Shown: positions 1 to 11,890, counted from the stretch's first letter. The stretch is 24,000 bases of DNA from Escherichia coli (GCA_011881725.1 JAATUR010000025.1), one strand, 5' to 3'. Notes: generated by a model from the letters alone, not told the origin. Made by a program: numbers and translations.

Positions 1-332
1 TTAGCGCCACGAACATGAATGTTCTCGGCTAACTGGAATTTGCGTTCAAAGTTGCGTTCAGCAATGCCCTGGTACAGATAGGTGCGCTCTTTTTGTTCGT
101 CGGCGTGAGCACCTTTCACCACCAGCAGATTGTCCTGGGCGGTAATTTCCAGTTCACTTTCGGCAAAGCCAGCCACCGCGATGGCAATGCGGTAATGGTT
201 TTCGTCTACCAGTTCAACGTTATACGGAGGATAGCCGCCATTACTCTGGCTCTGGTTGTTTTCTAAGTGGTTAAACAAACGGTCAAACCCAATAGCAGAA
301 CGGTAAAGCGGGGATAAATCAAAGTTACGCAT
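1..332 (-). CDS. ibpA: Small heat-shock protein IbpA (Hsp20/alpha-crystallin family). Only the N-terminal ~110 codons are present; the 3' end lies beyond the window start.
   Basis: A reverse-strand ATG (cat at 330-332) translates [21 protein letters not shown]. The frame stays open to position 1, where the last readable residues are AENIHVRGA. It is absent from the ORF track because no stop falls in the window. The tta at 1-3 is out of frame and is not the stop. Confidence 0.93.
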
Positions 333-430
333 AATCAATAGCTCCTGAAATCAGCGAGAATGTAAGACCTTCCACAATGGACAGGTCGGATAGCCAGAAC
401 ACCCATCAGGCGCGTTCTCATTGGCTACGC
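333..430 (-). promoter_or_regulatory. ibpA 5' leader, a ROSE-like RNA thermometer region
   Basis: The leader is about 95 nt and lies between the sigma32 -10 element and the ATG. On the minus strand it reads ...ttctcgctgatttcaggagctattgattATG. A UCGCU-containing stretch sits just upstream of the AGGAG Shine-Dalgarno and can pair with it, as in the described E. coli ibpA thermometer. The fold was not computed. Confidence 0.5.
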
Positions 431-433
431 TAT

Positions 434-463
434 AAAAATGGGTCTGGATGTACACTTTTCAAG
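434..463 (-). promoter_or_regulatory. Sigma32 (heat-shock) promoter of ibpA
   Basis: The minus strand reads cTTGAAAagtgtacatccagaCCCATTTTT. This matches the sigma32 consensus CTTGAAA-N13-15-CCCCATnT. The -35 element is at 457-463 and the -10 element at 434-442. Confidence 0.7.
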
Positions 464-637
464 TCTTTCCAACGGACTTTTTTTTGCAGTTTGTGGTCTA
501 TTGCATAGACTGGAGGGACAGCACGAAACGTTAAAGTGCGATAGCTGCCACAGTGCGACATGATGATGATGTTATTTTCAGCAAGGGATCGCTATAACAC
601 ATCATGCCAACACCCACGATCAACAGATGAATTTATT

Positions 638-970
638 ATGATAAGAAATGCGTTGTTAGCGCTCATGATATGCAGCGGAATAACATTACTCGGAGGGTGC
701 TCCAGCGTAATGTCCCATACCGGGGGTAAGGAAGGAACGTATCCCGGCACCCGCGCAAGTGTCACCATGATTGGCGACAATGATACCAACTGGGGCACTA
801 AATCTCTGGTAGTTCTCGACATGCCATTTACCGCGGTCATGGATACACTACTCCTGCCGTGGGATATGTTCCGTAAAGATAGCTCGGTGCGCTCACGCGT
901 TGAAAAAAGCGAAGCCGACACGCAAGCCACGAATGCCGTTATTCCCCCCGCCAGAATGCCTGTAAACTGA
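638..970 (+). CDS. yidQ: Small lipoprotein YidQ (DUF1375 family), 110 aa
   Basis: The ORF track frame is 560-970. The start is chosen at ATG 638 (MIRNALLALMICSGITLLGGCSS) because it begins a signal peptide with the lipobox LGGC. The sequence matches my memory of E. coli YidQ. Confidence 0.85.
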   Translation: MIRNALLALMICSGITLLGGCSSVMSHTGGKEGTYPGTRASVTMIGDNDTNWGTKSLVVLDMPFTAVMDTLLLPWDMFRKDSSVRSRVEKSEADTQATNAVIPPARMPVN

Positions 971-971
971 T

Positions 972-2222
972 TTAGCGGCCAGTTTTGGTGATCCACAGCT
1001 GGCCGCCTTCCATCCACGCCAACCATTGACCATCCGGCGAGAAGACCACTGCATCCGCCGAGGGTGAGTTGGCGTGGTTTTCGGTTAAATACTCAACTTC
1101 GCCGCTTTGCGCGTGTGCACAAGCAATCCGATTATCCAGCACAAAGCCCAGCCATTCTCCTGAAGGATGCCAGTTAAACGCAGACTGAATATCCGTTTTG
1201 TTATGAGTTAACTGGCTTATCTCGCCGCCCTGTGGCGAGATAAGCCACAGTTGCACAATGCCGTTATCATCACGCATTAAAAACGCGATTTGCGTACCCT
1301 GCGGATTACAGCGCACCCAGTGGCGCGGGACGTTGACTAACCCCGGATAAGCCCGATGGTGGGTAAAGGTTAAACGTCGCTGCACGACGCCACGCGGTGG
1401 CACGGGCAGGATTGTTTCTGTTCCACTTAACGGCGCATCACCTGCTGCTTTCCAGCCAGCTTCATCTTGCGGTAACTCAACGATAAACAGCTCCGGCACT
1501 TTCTCGCCCTTTGGCGAAAGTGTGTCGCCAATAAACGCCAGCGCGTGATTTCCTACCCATCCTTCTTCATAAGCACGATTGATTTCATCACTGCCTGGCT
1601 GCGGCGTGGGCGTTGTTTTACTTACCAGCACGCACCAGTGGCTGCCGCTGTATTCACGCGGATGCTGCTTTTGTACATTCACTGGGCCAAACGGTGCGGC
1701 AACACCGACATTTCGCAAATCCAGCGCCGGATCTCGTTCATGCATTACGTGGTCGTTATAGGTAAAACTCACCATTTCACCGTTCGGGCTAAAGACATGT
1801 ACATGACTGCCGCCGCGTAGCGCCCCTGGAGTGTACGGAACGGTAATATCCATTGCATCGAGGTTGCTCACCTTGCCGCTTTCAGCAATCACGCCACGAC
1901 GGTGATGGAAATCGTAATACCATGTTTCATCAGGATTTTCAGGTCCGTGGATAAAGACATATTTCTCTGACTTCGGATGAACGGTCACCACGCCGACGTG
2001 TGCGCCCTGTGACGCGCGATAGATAACCTCGACCTCGCCGGTATGGATATTCACACGCTCAATGGTCTCGCCGGTAAACGACGCCCCGGAGGGACGCACG
2101 TCAAATACCAGCCACTGGCTGTCGGGCGTCCAGGTATTGGTATTGGTGAGCAGGTGATTGCGGGGAGCAAAGGTTATCTGTTTCATGGCGCGGTCCTGAT
2201 ACAAAACGGTTCCCGCCATCAT
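972..2222 (-). CDS. yidR: YidR, a conserved beta-propeller-like protein (DUF3748); start codon uncertain
   Basis: This is a 416-aa ORF containing MKQITFAPRNHLLTNTNTWTPDSQWLVFDVRPSG... It is colinear with E. coli YidR. Alternative starts are at 2219 and 2186 (MKQITF). Confidence 0.9.
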   Translation of the reverse strand: MMAGTVLYQDRAMKQITFAPRNHLLTNTNTWTPDSQWLVFDVRPSGASFTGETIERVNIHTGEVEVIYRASQGAHVGVVTVHPKSEKYVFIHGPENPDETWYYDFHHRRGVIAESGKVSNLDAMDITVPYTPGALRGGSHVHVFSPNGEMVSFTYNDHVMHERDPALDLRNVGVAAPFGPVNVQKQHPREYSGSHWCVLVSKTTPTPQPGSDEINRAYEEGWVGNHALAFIGDTLSPKGEKVPELFIVELPQDEAGWKAAGDAPLSGTETILPVPPRGVVQRRLTFTHHRAYPGLVNVPRHWVRCNPQGTQIAFLMRDDNGIVQLWLISPQGGEISQLTHNKTDIQSAFNWHPSGEWLGFVLDNRIACAHAQSGEVEYLTENHANSPSADAVVFSPDGQWLAWMEGGQLWITKTGR

Positions 2223-2224
2223 AC

Positions 2225-2240
2225 TTCACAAGGACTTCAC
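2225..2240 (+). promoter_or_regulatory. CreB-binding cre-tag (TTCAC-N6-TTCAC) upstream of cbrA
   Basis: A perfect direct repeat TTCACaaggacTTCAC lies at 2225-2240, in the 64-bp yidR-cbrA divergent spacer. cbrA (yidS) is a reported CreBC regulon member with this tag. Confidence 0.7.
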
Positions 2241-2286
2241 TTTCAGACAATAGTCTTTTGCCATCGTGATAAGTGTGAGTGAAAAG

Positions 2287-3363
2287 ATGGAACATTTTGA
2301 CGTAGCGATTATTGGCCTCGGCCCGGCTGGTTCGGCGTTGGCGCGAAAGTTAGCAGGCAAAATGCAGGTGATCGCGCTTGATAAAAAGCAACAGTGTGGT
2401 ACAGAAGGCTTCAGCAAGCCTTGTGGTGGTCTGCTGGCACCGGATGCGCAGCGTTCTTTTATTCGCGATGGACTGACGCTTCCTGTCGATGTGATCGCCA
2501 GTCCGCAGATTTTTAGCGTCAAAACCGTCGACGTCGCCGCATCGCTCACGCGTAACTACCAGCGAAGCTATATCAATATTAATCGCCATGCTTTCGACTT
2601 GTGGATGAAGTCGCTGATCCCCGCCAGCGTTGAGGTTTATCACGACAGTCTGTGTCGAAAAATCTGGCGAGAGGATGATAAATGGCATGTCATTTTTCGC
2701 GCAGACGGCTGGGAACAACACATTACCGCCCGCTATCTGGTGGTGGCCGATGGCGCCAACTCGATGGTGCGGCGACATCTCTACCCGGATCATCAGATTC
2801 GTAAATATGTCGCTATCCAGCAGTGGTTTGCAGAGAAACATCCGGTGCCGTTCTACTCCTGCATCTTTGATAATGCGATAACTGACTGTTACTCATGGAG
2901 TATCAGCAAAGACGGTTATTTTATCTTTGGCGGTGCCTATCCAATGAAAGACGGCCAGGCGCGTTTCGCGGCGCTGAAAGAGAAAATGAACGCCTTTCAG
3001 TTCCAGTTTGGTAAGGCGGTGAAAAGCGAAAAATGCACGGTGCTGTTTCCCTCACGCTGGCAGGATTTTGTCTGCGGTAAAGACAATGCCTTTCTTATTG
3101 GCGAAGCGGCGGGATTTATCAGCGCCAGCTCGCTGGAGGGGATTAGCTATGCGCTGGATAGCGCGGAGGTTCTGTATTCGGTGTTACTGAAGCAGCCAGA
3201 GAAGATCAATACCGCTTACTGGCGCACCACCCGCAAACTGCGTTTAAAACTCTATGGCAAGATAGTAAAAAGCCGATGCCTGACCGCACCGGCCTTAAGA
3301 AAGTGGATTATGCGCAGTGGCGTTGCGCATATTTCACAGGAAAATGCGCAAAACCACATGTGA
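2287..3363 (+). CDS. cbrA: CbrA, an FAD-binding oxidoreductase-family protein (colicin M resistance, CreBC-regulated)
   Basis: The ORF track frame is 2266-3363. The start is chosen at ATG 2287 ([24 protein letters not shown]), which gives an N-terminal GxGxxG Rossmann dinucleotide motif. It is colinear with E. coli CbrA/YidS. Confidence 0.88.
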   Translation: MEHFDVAIIGLGPAGSALARKLAGKMQVIALDKKQQCGTEGFSKPCGGLLAPDAQRSFIRDGLTLPVDVIASPQIFSVKTVDVAASLTRNYQRSYININRHAFDLWMKSLIPASVEVYHDSLCRKIWREDDKWHVIFRADGWEQHITARYLVVADGANSMVRRHLYPDHQIRKYVAIQQWFAEKHPVPFYSCIFDNAITDCYSWSISKDGYFIFGGAYPMKDGQARFAALKEKMNAFQFQFGKAVKSEKCTVLFPSRWQDFVCGKDNAFLIGEAAGFISASSLEGISYALDSAEVLYSVLLKQPEKINTAYWRTTRKLRLKLYGKIVKSRCLTAPALRKWIMRSGVAHISQENAQNHM

Positions 3364-3475
3364 TTTATCGCACTACATATGCCGGGCACAAATCTGAAAA
3401 GGAAGATAAGAGACGAACAAATCTGGTACTGAGAGTATGCTTTCAACGACTTTGCACCTCTCTAAAGGATTAAAC

Positions 3476-4132
3476 ATGCAATTGAATTTTAATGGATTTT
3501 TTAAAGCTGCCGGTTTGTGTTTTTTGGCATTCGCGTTGACCGGGTGTCTAACCGCAGGACTGCTTTTCAATACCGCAAGTCCTCCACATGCCGAGCAATG
3601 GCGGTCAGACTCTATTAAGGGTTTATCGCTGGCAGAGGATAGTAACGGTACGAAAGGCTATGTTTTTGTTGGTGAATCGTTGGACTATCTGTTGACCACC
3701 GGCGGCGGTGAGGTGGTTAAAATGCTTAACGATCCGGCAATTCATGGTGAAAGAATCACCGTTTCCGATAACACGAAATTTATTTTAAGCAGCAGTAATA
3801 AGAATTTCTCTGGTGCTATTACGCTCTATTACGACTGGAACAACGAGGAAGATAAGGCACTGGCAACACAATATGGCTTTGTTTGTGATACCCGGCGTTG
3901 TACATGGATGCTGGACGGCCTGAAAGGCTCTATTCACCAGAAAAATAAAAAAGCGGATTACTCAAACATGATGGTTTTCCATCAACCCTTTAAGGTGGGA
4001 TTTTATGAGTACAAAGCAACAGATGGCGTCCCGCGCGGCCTTGCTAATGCGCTGCTGCCAGTCACCATTACGCTGGATATAGTAACGTCACCACTTCAGT
4101 TCCTGATTTTATGCACGACCAGTAATTGTTAA
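3476..4132 (+). CDS. yidX: YidX-family lipoprotein, a diverged allele
   Basis: The ORF track frame is 3437-4132. The start is chosen at ATG 3476 (MQLNFNGFFKAAGLCFLAFALTGC), preceded by AAGGA 6-10 nt upstream. The lipobox is LTGC. Blocks such as DSNGTKGYVFVGESLDYL, KMLNDPA and LLPVTITLDI recall E. coli YidX. Confidence 0.8.
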   Translation: MQLNFNGFFKAAGLCFLAFALTGCLTAGLLFNTASPPHAEQWRSDSIKGLSLAEDSNGTKGYVFVGESLDYLLTTGGGEVVKMLNDPAIHGERITVSDNTKFILSSSNKNFSGAITLYYDWNNEEDKALATQYGFVCDTRRCTWMLDGLKGSIHQKNKKADYSNMMVFHQPFKVGFYEYKATDGVPRGLANALLPVTITLDIVTSPLQFLILCTTSNC

Positions 4133-4137
4133 TCGCA

Positions 4138-4157
4138 GCGGGCAAACATTTGCCCGC
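4138..4157. terminator. Hairpin between the convergent yidX and yidA stops; a possible bidirectional terminator without U-tracts
   Basis: gcgggcaaa (4138-4146) pairs perfectly with tttgcccgc (4149-4157). No T-run follows on either strand, so terminator function is uncertain. Confidence 0.4.
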
Positions 4158-4164
4158 CCACAGA

Positions 4165-4977
4165 TTAATTCAACACAAACTTCTCAATAGCAAACGCCAC
4201 GCCATCTTCAAGGTTGGATTTGGTGACAAAGTTCGCCACTTCTTTCACCGAAGGAATAGCGTTATCCATTGCCACACCAACACCTGCGTACTCAATCATT
4301 GCGATGTCGTTTTCCTGATCGCCAATCGCCATCACCTCTTCTGGCTTAATGCCCAACACATCAGCCAGTGATTTCACCCCCGTACCTTTGTTAACGCGTT
4401 TATCGAGGATTTCGAGGAAGTACGGCGCACTTTTCAGCACGGTATATTTCTCTTTCACTTCCTGCGGAATGCGCGCGATGGCCTGGTCGAGGATGGCAGG
4501 TTCATCAATCATCATCACTTTCAGGAACTGGGTGTCAGGGTCCATTTTCTCCGCTTCGCAGAACACCAGCGGAATAGTGGCAACGAAAGATTCATGCACC
4601 GTGTAGTAGCTGATATCACGGTTGGCGGTGTACAGCGTAGTGCGGTCCAGCGCGTGGAAATGGGACCCCACTTCGCGAGAGAGTTTTTCGAGGAAACGAT
4701 AGTCGTCATAGCTCAGAGCGGTTTGTGCCACGGTGCTACCATCGGCAGCCTTCTGCACCAGCGCACCGTTGTAAGTAATGCAGTAGTCGCCAGGCTGTTC
4801 CATATGCAGTTCTTTCAGGTAGTTGTGAACGCCTGCATAAGGGCGCCCCGTCGTTAGCACGACATTCACGCCACGGGCGCGAGCTGCGGCAATCGCATTT
4901 TTAACGGCGGGTGAAATGGTGTGATCGGGCAGCAGAAGTGTGCCATCCATATCGATAGCAATAAGTTTGATAGCCAT
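4165..4977 (-). CDS. yidA: Sugar-phosphate phosphatase YidA (HAD superfamily, Cof-type), 270 aa
   Basis: The ORF track frame is 4165-5028. The start is chosen at ATG 4977 (MAIKLIAIDMDGTLL), which places the HAD motif I DxDGT at the N-terminus. A GDQENDI motif lies near the C-terminus. Confidence 0.93.
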   Translation of the reverse strand: MAIKLIAIDMDGTLLLPDHTISPAVKNAIAAARARGVNVVLTTGRPYAGVHNYLKELHMEQPGDYCITYNGALVQKAADGSTVAQTALSYDDYRFLEKLSREVGSHFHALDRTTLYTANRDISYYTVHESFVATIPLVFCEAEKMDPDTQFLKVMMIDEPAILDQAIARIPQEVKEKYTVLKSAPYFLEILDKRVNKGTGVKSLADVLGIKPEEVMAIGDQENDIAMIEYAGVGVAMDNAIPSVKEVANFVTKSNLEDGVAFAIEKFVLN

Positions 4978-5090
4978 GAGTTCCCCAGGTAGATTGGTTC
5001 CTGCCCATGCTAACGCGATTCCGCTCAAAAATCAGTACAACACCCGAGGGAAAAGGGGGATGCAACGCGCATGGCGTGCTCCCCTTTTGC

Positions 5091-5489
5091 TTAGCGGAAA
5101 AGTTTTCCTTTCAGCAACTCCATGCCTGCGGAAAGCAGATCGTTATTGGCTTGCGGTGACACTTCACCCTGCGATGAGAGAGCATCAATAATCTTCGGCA
5201 ATTGTTCTGCCAGTAAACTGGAAGCTGTACTGGTATCCACGCCAAGTTTTTGCCCAAGATCGGACACTGCATTCGTGCCGAGCGCCGATTCCAGCTGCTC
5301 GCCACTCACCGGCTGATTGCCCTGTTGATTACTCAACCAGGTTGAGAGAATGGCACCTAAGCCGCCACTTTGCAGTTTTTCCAGCAGCACCTGAATGCCA
5401 CCCTGCTCCTCAACCCAGCTCAAAATAGCCTGATACTTCCCCGCATCGCCTTTCAGAAAGGCGCCGACAACTTCATCAAAAAGCCCCAT
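5091..5489 (-). CDS. yidB: YidB, a conserved DUF937 protein, 132 aa
   Basis: The ORF track frame is 5091-5498. The start is chosen at ATG 5489 (MGLFDEVVGAFLKGDAGKYQAILSWVEEQGG). It matches E. coli YidB. Confidence 0.9.
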   Translation of the reverse strand: MGLFDEVVGAFLKGDAGKYQAILSWVEEQGGIQVLLEKLQSGGLGAILSTWLSNQQGNQPVSGEQLESALGTNAVSDLGQKLGVDTSTASSLLAEQLPKIIDALSSQGEVSPQANNDLLSAGMELLKGKLFR

Positions 5490-5560
5490 GATAATCACCT
5501 GTAAAGCGTTACGTGTTGACTCAAAAAGTATAGTTCTGCGGGATGATAATTGCGGATTGC

Positions 5561-5597
5561 AGAAATAAAAAGGGCGGAGATGATCTCCGCCCTTTTC
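5561..5597 (-). terminator. Rho-independent terminator downstream of gyrB and the REP units
   Basis: The stem gggcggaga (5572-5580) pairs with tctccgccc (5584-5592) around a 3-nt loop. On the minus strand it is followed by TTTTATTT. It is flanked by an A-run and a T-run, so it is structurally bidirectional. Confidence 0.6.
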
Positions 5598-5609
5598 TTA
5601 TAGCTTCTT

Positions 5610-5708
5610 GCCGGATGCGGCGTTAACGCCTTATCCGGCCCACAAAATCATGCAAATTCAATATATTGCAGGAGTCTCGTAGGCCTGATAAGCGTAGCGC
5701 ATCAGGCA
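5610..5708. repeat. BIME: two inverted REP (palindromic unit) copies
   Basis: The two units are gccggatgcggcgttaacgccttatccggc (5610-5639) and aggcctgataagcgtagcgcatcaggca (5681-5708). Both are classic enterobacterial REP sequences, in opposite orientation, about 40 bp apart and immediately downstream of the gyrB stop. Confidence 0.85.
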
Positions 5709-5728
5709 CGCTCGCATTGTTAACGCCA

Positions 5729-9245
<3,517 letters not shown>

Positions 9246-9384
9246 AGTCAGCTCATAACCAGGGCGTTATCGTCGCAGTTAGTCTGGTTACGGCCAGCGC
9301 ACAGCAACCGGAGCGTACTAAAGTACGTGAGGATTGCGAGCACTGCCCGGAGCCAGAATAACAAGTAAGATAGCCCGATATTCT
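9246..9384. repeat. Large imperfect palindrome filling the dnaN-recF spacer; an ERIC/IRU-like intergenic repeat (assignment tentative)
   Basis: The symmetry centre is near 9320. The core is cgtac-taaa-gtacg at 9314-9327. The arm block at 9283-9300 matches the reverse complement of 9340-9357 at 14 of 18 positions. Short matches to remembered ERIC motifs are present (AAGTAAG at 9363-9369, CCCGGAGC at 9346-9353). The size (~130 bp) and the location inside an operon fit ERIC. No database search was possible. Confidence 0.5.
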
Positions 9385-10485
9385 CTACAACCTCATTGGC
9401 ATGACAACATAGGCAGCCGACTGTGATGCGGCATCTTCAATCTGCACGCTGGAAACCGAATCGGTCAGCATCATGCGTACGTTTTCACATTTCAGCGCGT
9501 TGAGAACATCCAGCACATAGCTGACGTTGAAGCCGATTTCCATCTCCGCACCACTATAGGTAACGTCGAGGATCTCTTCCGCTTCTTCCTGCTCCGGGTT
9601 GTTGGCGGTGATTTTCAGCTGGTTTTCGCTGACATACAGACGCACGCCGCGGAATTTCTCATTAGAGAGAATTGCCGCGCGAGCAAACGCCTGCTTGAGC
9701 AGATCGCAGCCAGCTTCCAGATGTTTGTCCGGGTTCTTTGGCAGAACGCGGCGGTAATCCGGGAAACGACCATCCACCAGTTTGGAGGTGAAGATAAAGT
9801 CGCCAACGTGCGCGCGAATGTTGTTGCTGCCAATTTGTACGCGCAGCGGATTGTCGCCGCCGTCGAGCATACGCATCAGTTCAATCACACCTTTACGCGG
9901 CACGATCACCGAATGGCTCGGTAAAGACTGGCCAATTGGCATGGAACAGACCGCCAGACGGTGACCGTCGGTCGCTACGGTACGCAGCTCTTCGCCTTCG
10001 GTTTCGAACAGCATACCGTTTAAGTAATAGCGAACGTCCTGATGCGCCATCGAAAACTGGGTCGCTTCAATCAGACGCTTCATCGTCGCCTGTGGCAGAG
10101 TAAATTCGACTTCGCTCTGCCAGTCATCGAGATTCGGGAAATCCGCCGCTGGCAGGGTAGACAGCGAAAAACGGCTGCGCCCGGAGCGCACCAGCATCCG
10201 CTCACCTTCCAGCTGTACGGCAATTTCCGCGCCTTCAGGCAGACCACGGCAGATATCAAAGAATTTGCGCGCCGGAACGGTCGTCGCCCCTGGTTCGTGC
10301 GGCTGAACCAGCGCAACACGTGCCACCATTTCCATCTCGAGATCAGTACCGGTCAGCGACAACGTACCGTCAGCAACCTGTAACAGCAGATTACCGAGAA
10401 TCGGTAGCGTAGGACGACCACCTAACGGACCGCTCACCTGTTGTAGCGGTTTTAATAAATGCTCACGTTCTACGGTAAATTTCAT
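9385..10485 (-). CDS. dnaN: DNA polymerase III beta sliding clamp, 366 aa
   Basis: The translation runs MKFTVEREHLLKPLQQVSGPLGGRPTLPILGNLLLQV...VVMPMRL. It starts 4 nt after the dnaA stop. Confidence 0.99.
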   Translation of the reverse strand: MKFTVEREHLLKPLQQVSGPLGGRPTLPILGNLLLQVADGTLSLTGTDLEMEMVARVALVQPHEPGATTVPARKFFDICRGLPEGAEIAVQLEGERMLVRSGRSRFSLSTLPAADFPNLDDWQSEVEFTLPQATMKRLIEATQFSMAHQDVRYYLNGMLFETEGEELRTVATDGHRLAVCSMPIGQSLPSHSVIVPRKGVIELMRMLDGGDNPLRVQIGSNNIRAHVGDFIFTSKLVDGRFPDYRRVLPKNPDKHLEAGCDLLKQAFARAAILSNEKFRGVRLYVSENQLKITANNPEQEEAEEILDVTYSGAEMEIGFNVSYVLDVLNALKCENVRMMLTDSVSSVQIEDAASQSAAYVVMPMRL

Positions 10486-10489
10486 AGGT

Positions 10490-11890
10490 TTACGATGACA
10501 ATGTTCTGATTAAATTAGAGAAATCTTCTTTGATATCATGACTCTCTTCACGCAACTGCTCGATCTTACGGCAGGCATGAAGCACCGTCGTGTGGTCGCG
10601 ACCACCAAACGCATCGCCAATCTCCGGCAGACTGTGGTTCGTCAACTCTTTCGCCAGCGCCATCGCCATCTGGCGCGGACGCGCTACCGAGCGAGAACGA
10701 CGCTTAGAAAGGAGATCCGCAACCTTGATCTTGTAGTACTCTGCCACTGTCTTCTGAATATTGTCGATGGTGACCAGTTTTTCCTGCAAAGCCAGTAAGT
10801 CGCGCAGCGCCTCACGCACGAAGTCGATGGTAATCGCCCGTCCGGTAAAGTTGGCGTTAGCAATTACACGGTTCAGCGCTCCTTCCAGCTCACGTACGTT
10901 AGATCGTAGACGCTTGGCGATAAAGAACGCCACTTCGCCCGGCAAACGAATGTCGTTTTCGTCTGCCTTTTTCATCAGGATCGCCACGCGGGTTTCTAAC
11001 TCTGGCGGTTCGATCGCCACAGTCAGGCCCCAACCGAAGCGAGATTTCAAACGATCCTCAACACCGTTGATCTCTTTCGGATAACGATCCGACGTGAGAA
11101 TGATCTGCTGATTACCTTCCAGCAGGGCATTAAAGGTATGGAAAAACTCTTCCTGGGATCGCTCTTTATTGGCGAAAAACTGAATATCGTCGATCAGCAG
11201 CGCGTCAACGGAACGGTAGTAGCGTTTAAACTCTTCGATCGCATTGTTTTGCAGGGCTTTTACCATGTCCTGAACAAAACGTTCGGAGTGCATATAAACC
11301 ACTTTGGCATTCGGCTTGCGCGCCATAATGCCGTTACCCACCGCATGCAGAAGGTGAGTTTTGCCCAGACCCGTGCCGCCATAAAGGAACAGCGGGTTAT
11401 AGGCACCGCCAGGGTTATCTGCCACCTGACGAGCCGCCGCGCGCGCCAGTTGGTTAGATTTACCTTCAACGAAGTTATCAAACGTGTGTTTGACGTTTAC
11501 GTTAGAACGATAGGTCGGTTCTGCCGGAGCCGGAACGTTATCCCAGCCAGGACGCGCCGCAGGCGCAGCACGTTGCGGTTGCACTTGCGCTGCCTGAGCG
11601 GGTGCAACTGTATTGCCGGCAGGAACTTTCAGCGTTTGTGTCACGGGCTTTGTGCCCACTTCAAAACGCAACTGTGGGGCATCCGCTCCGCAGAAACTGG
11701 TTAGCAGTCCATTGATATTATTAAGGTACTTGTCCCTTACCCAATCGAGGACAAAACGGTTTGGCGCGTACAAGGCCAGCGTGTTATCGCTCAGTTCCGC
11801 CTGCAATGGGCGTATCCACATACTGAATTCTGTGGCTGGTAACTCATCCTGCAATCGGGCAAGACACTGCTGCCAAAGCGAAAGTGACAC
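10490..11890 (-). CDS. dnaA: Chromosomal replication initiator DnaA, 466 aa from the GTG start
   Basis: The ORF track frame is 10490-11902. The canonical E. coli start is the GTG giving (M)[21 protein letters not shown], at 11890. The AAA+ Walker [11 protein letters not shown] and the C-terminal DnaA-box-binding domain are both present. Confidence 0.97.
   Translation of the reverse strand: MSLSLWQQCLARLQDELPATEFSMWIRPLQAELSDNTLALYAPNRFVLDWVRDKYLNNINGLLTSFCGADAPQLRFEVGTKPVTQTLKVPAGNTVAPAQAAQVQPQRAAPAARPGWDNVPAPAEPTYRSNVNVKHTFDNFVEGKSNQLARAAARQVADNPGGAYNPLFLYGGTGLGKTHLLHAVGNGIMARKPNAKVVYMHSERFVQDMVKALQNNAIEEFKRYYRSVDALLIDDIQFFANKERSQEEFFHTFNALLEGNQQIILTSDRYPKEINGVEDRLKSRFGWGLTVAIEPPELETRVAILMKKADENDIRLPGEVAFFIAKRLRSNVRELEGALNRVIANANFTGRAITIDFVREALRDLLALQEKLVTIDNIQKTVAEYYKIKVADLLSKRRSRSVARPRQMAMALAKELTNHSLPEIGDAFGGRDHTTVLHACRKIEQLREESHDIKEDFSNLIRTLSS

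Noticed and set aside
560-637. Upstream in-frame extension of yidQ (MMMMLFSARDRY...) and the 144-aa antisense ORF at 592-1026
   Set aside because: The lipoprotein signal peptide starts at the ATG at 638, and the extension would bury it. The antisense ORF overlaps both yidQ and the yidR 3' end and has no homology signal.
3437-3475. Longer yidX start (MLSTTLHLSKGLN...)
   Set aside because: The ATG at 3476 has a proper AAGGA Shine-Dalgarno and begins directly with the signal peptide and lipobox. The upstream ATG lacks a ribosome-binding site.
4126-4371. 81-aa plus-strand ORF overlapping the yidA 3' end
   Set aside because: It is antisense to the conserved HAD phosphatase gene and begins inside the yidX stop and hairpin region. 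Nothing supports it.
11138-11704. 188-aa plus-strand ORF antisense to dnaA
   Set aside because: It is a shadow ORF opposite the AAA+ domain of DnaA, with no independent support.
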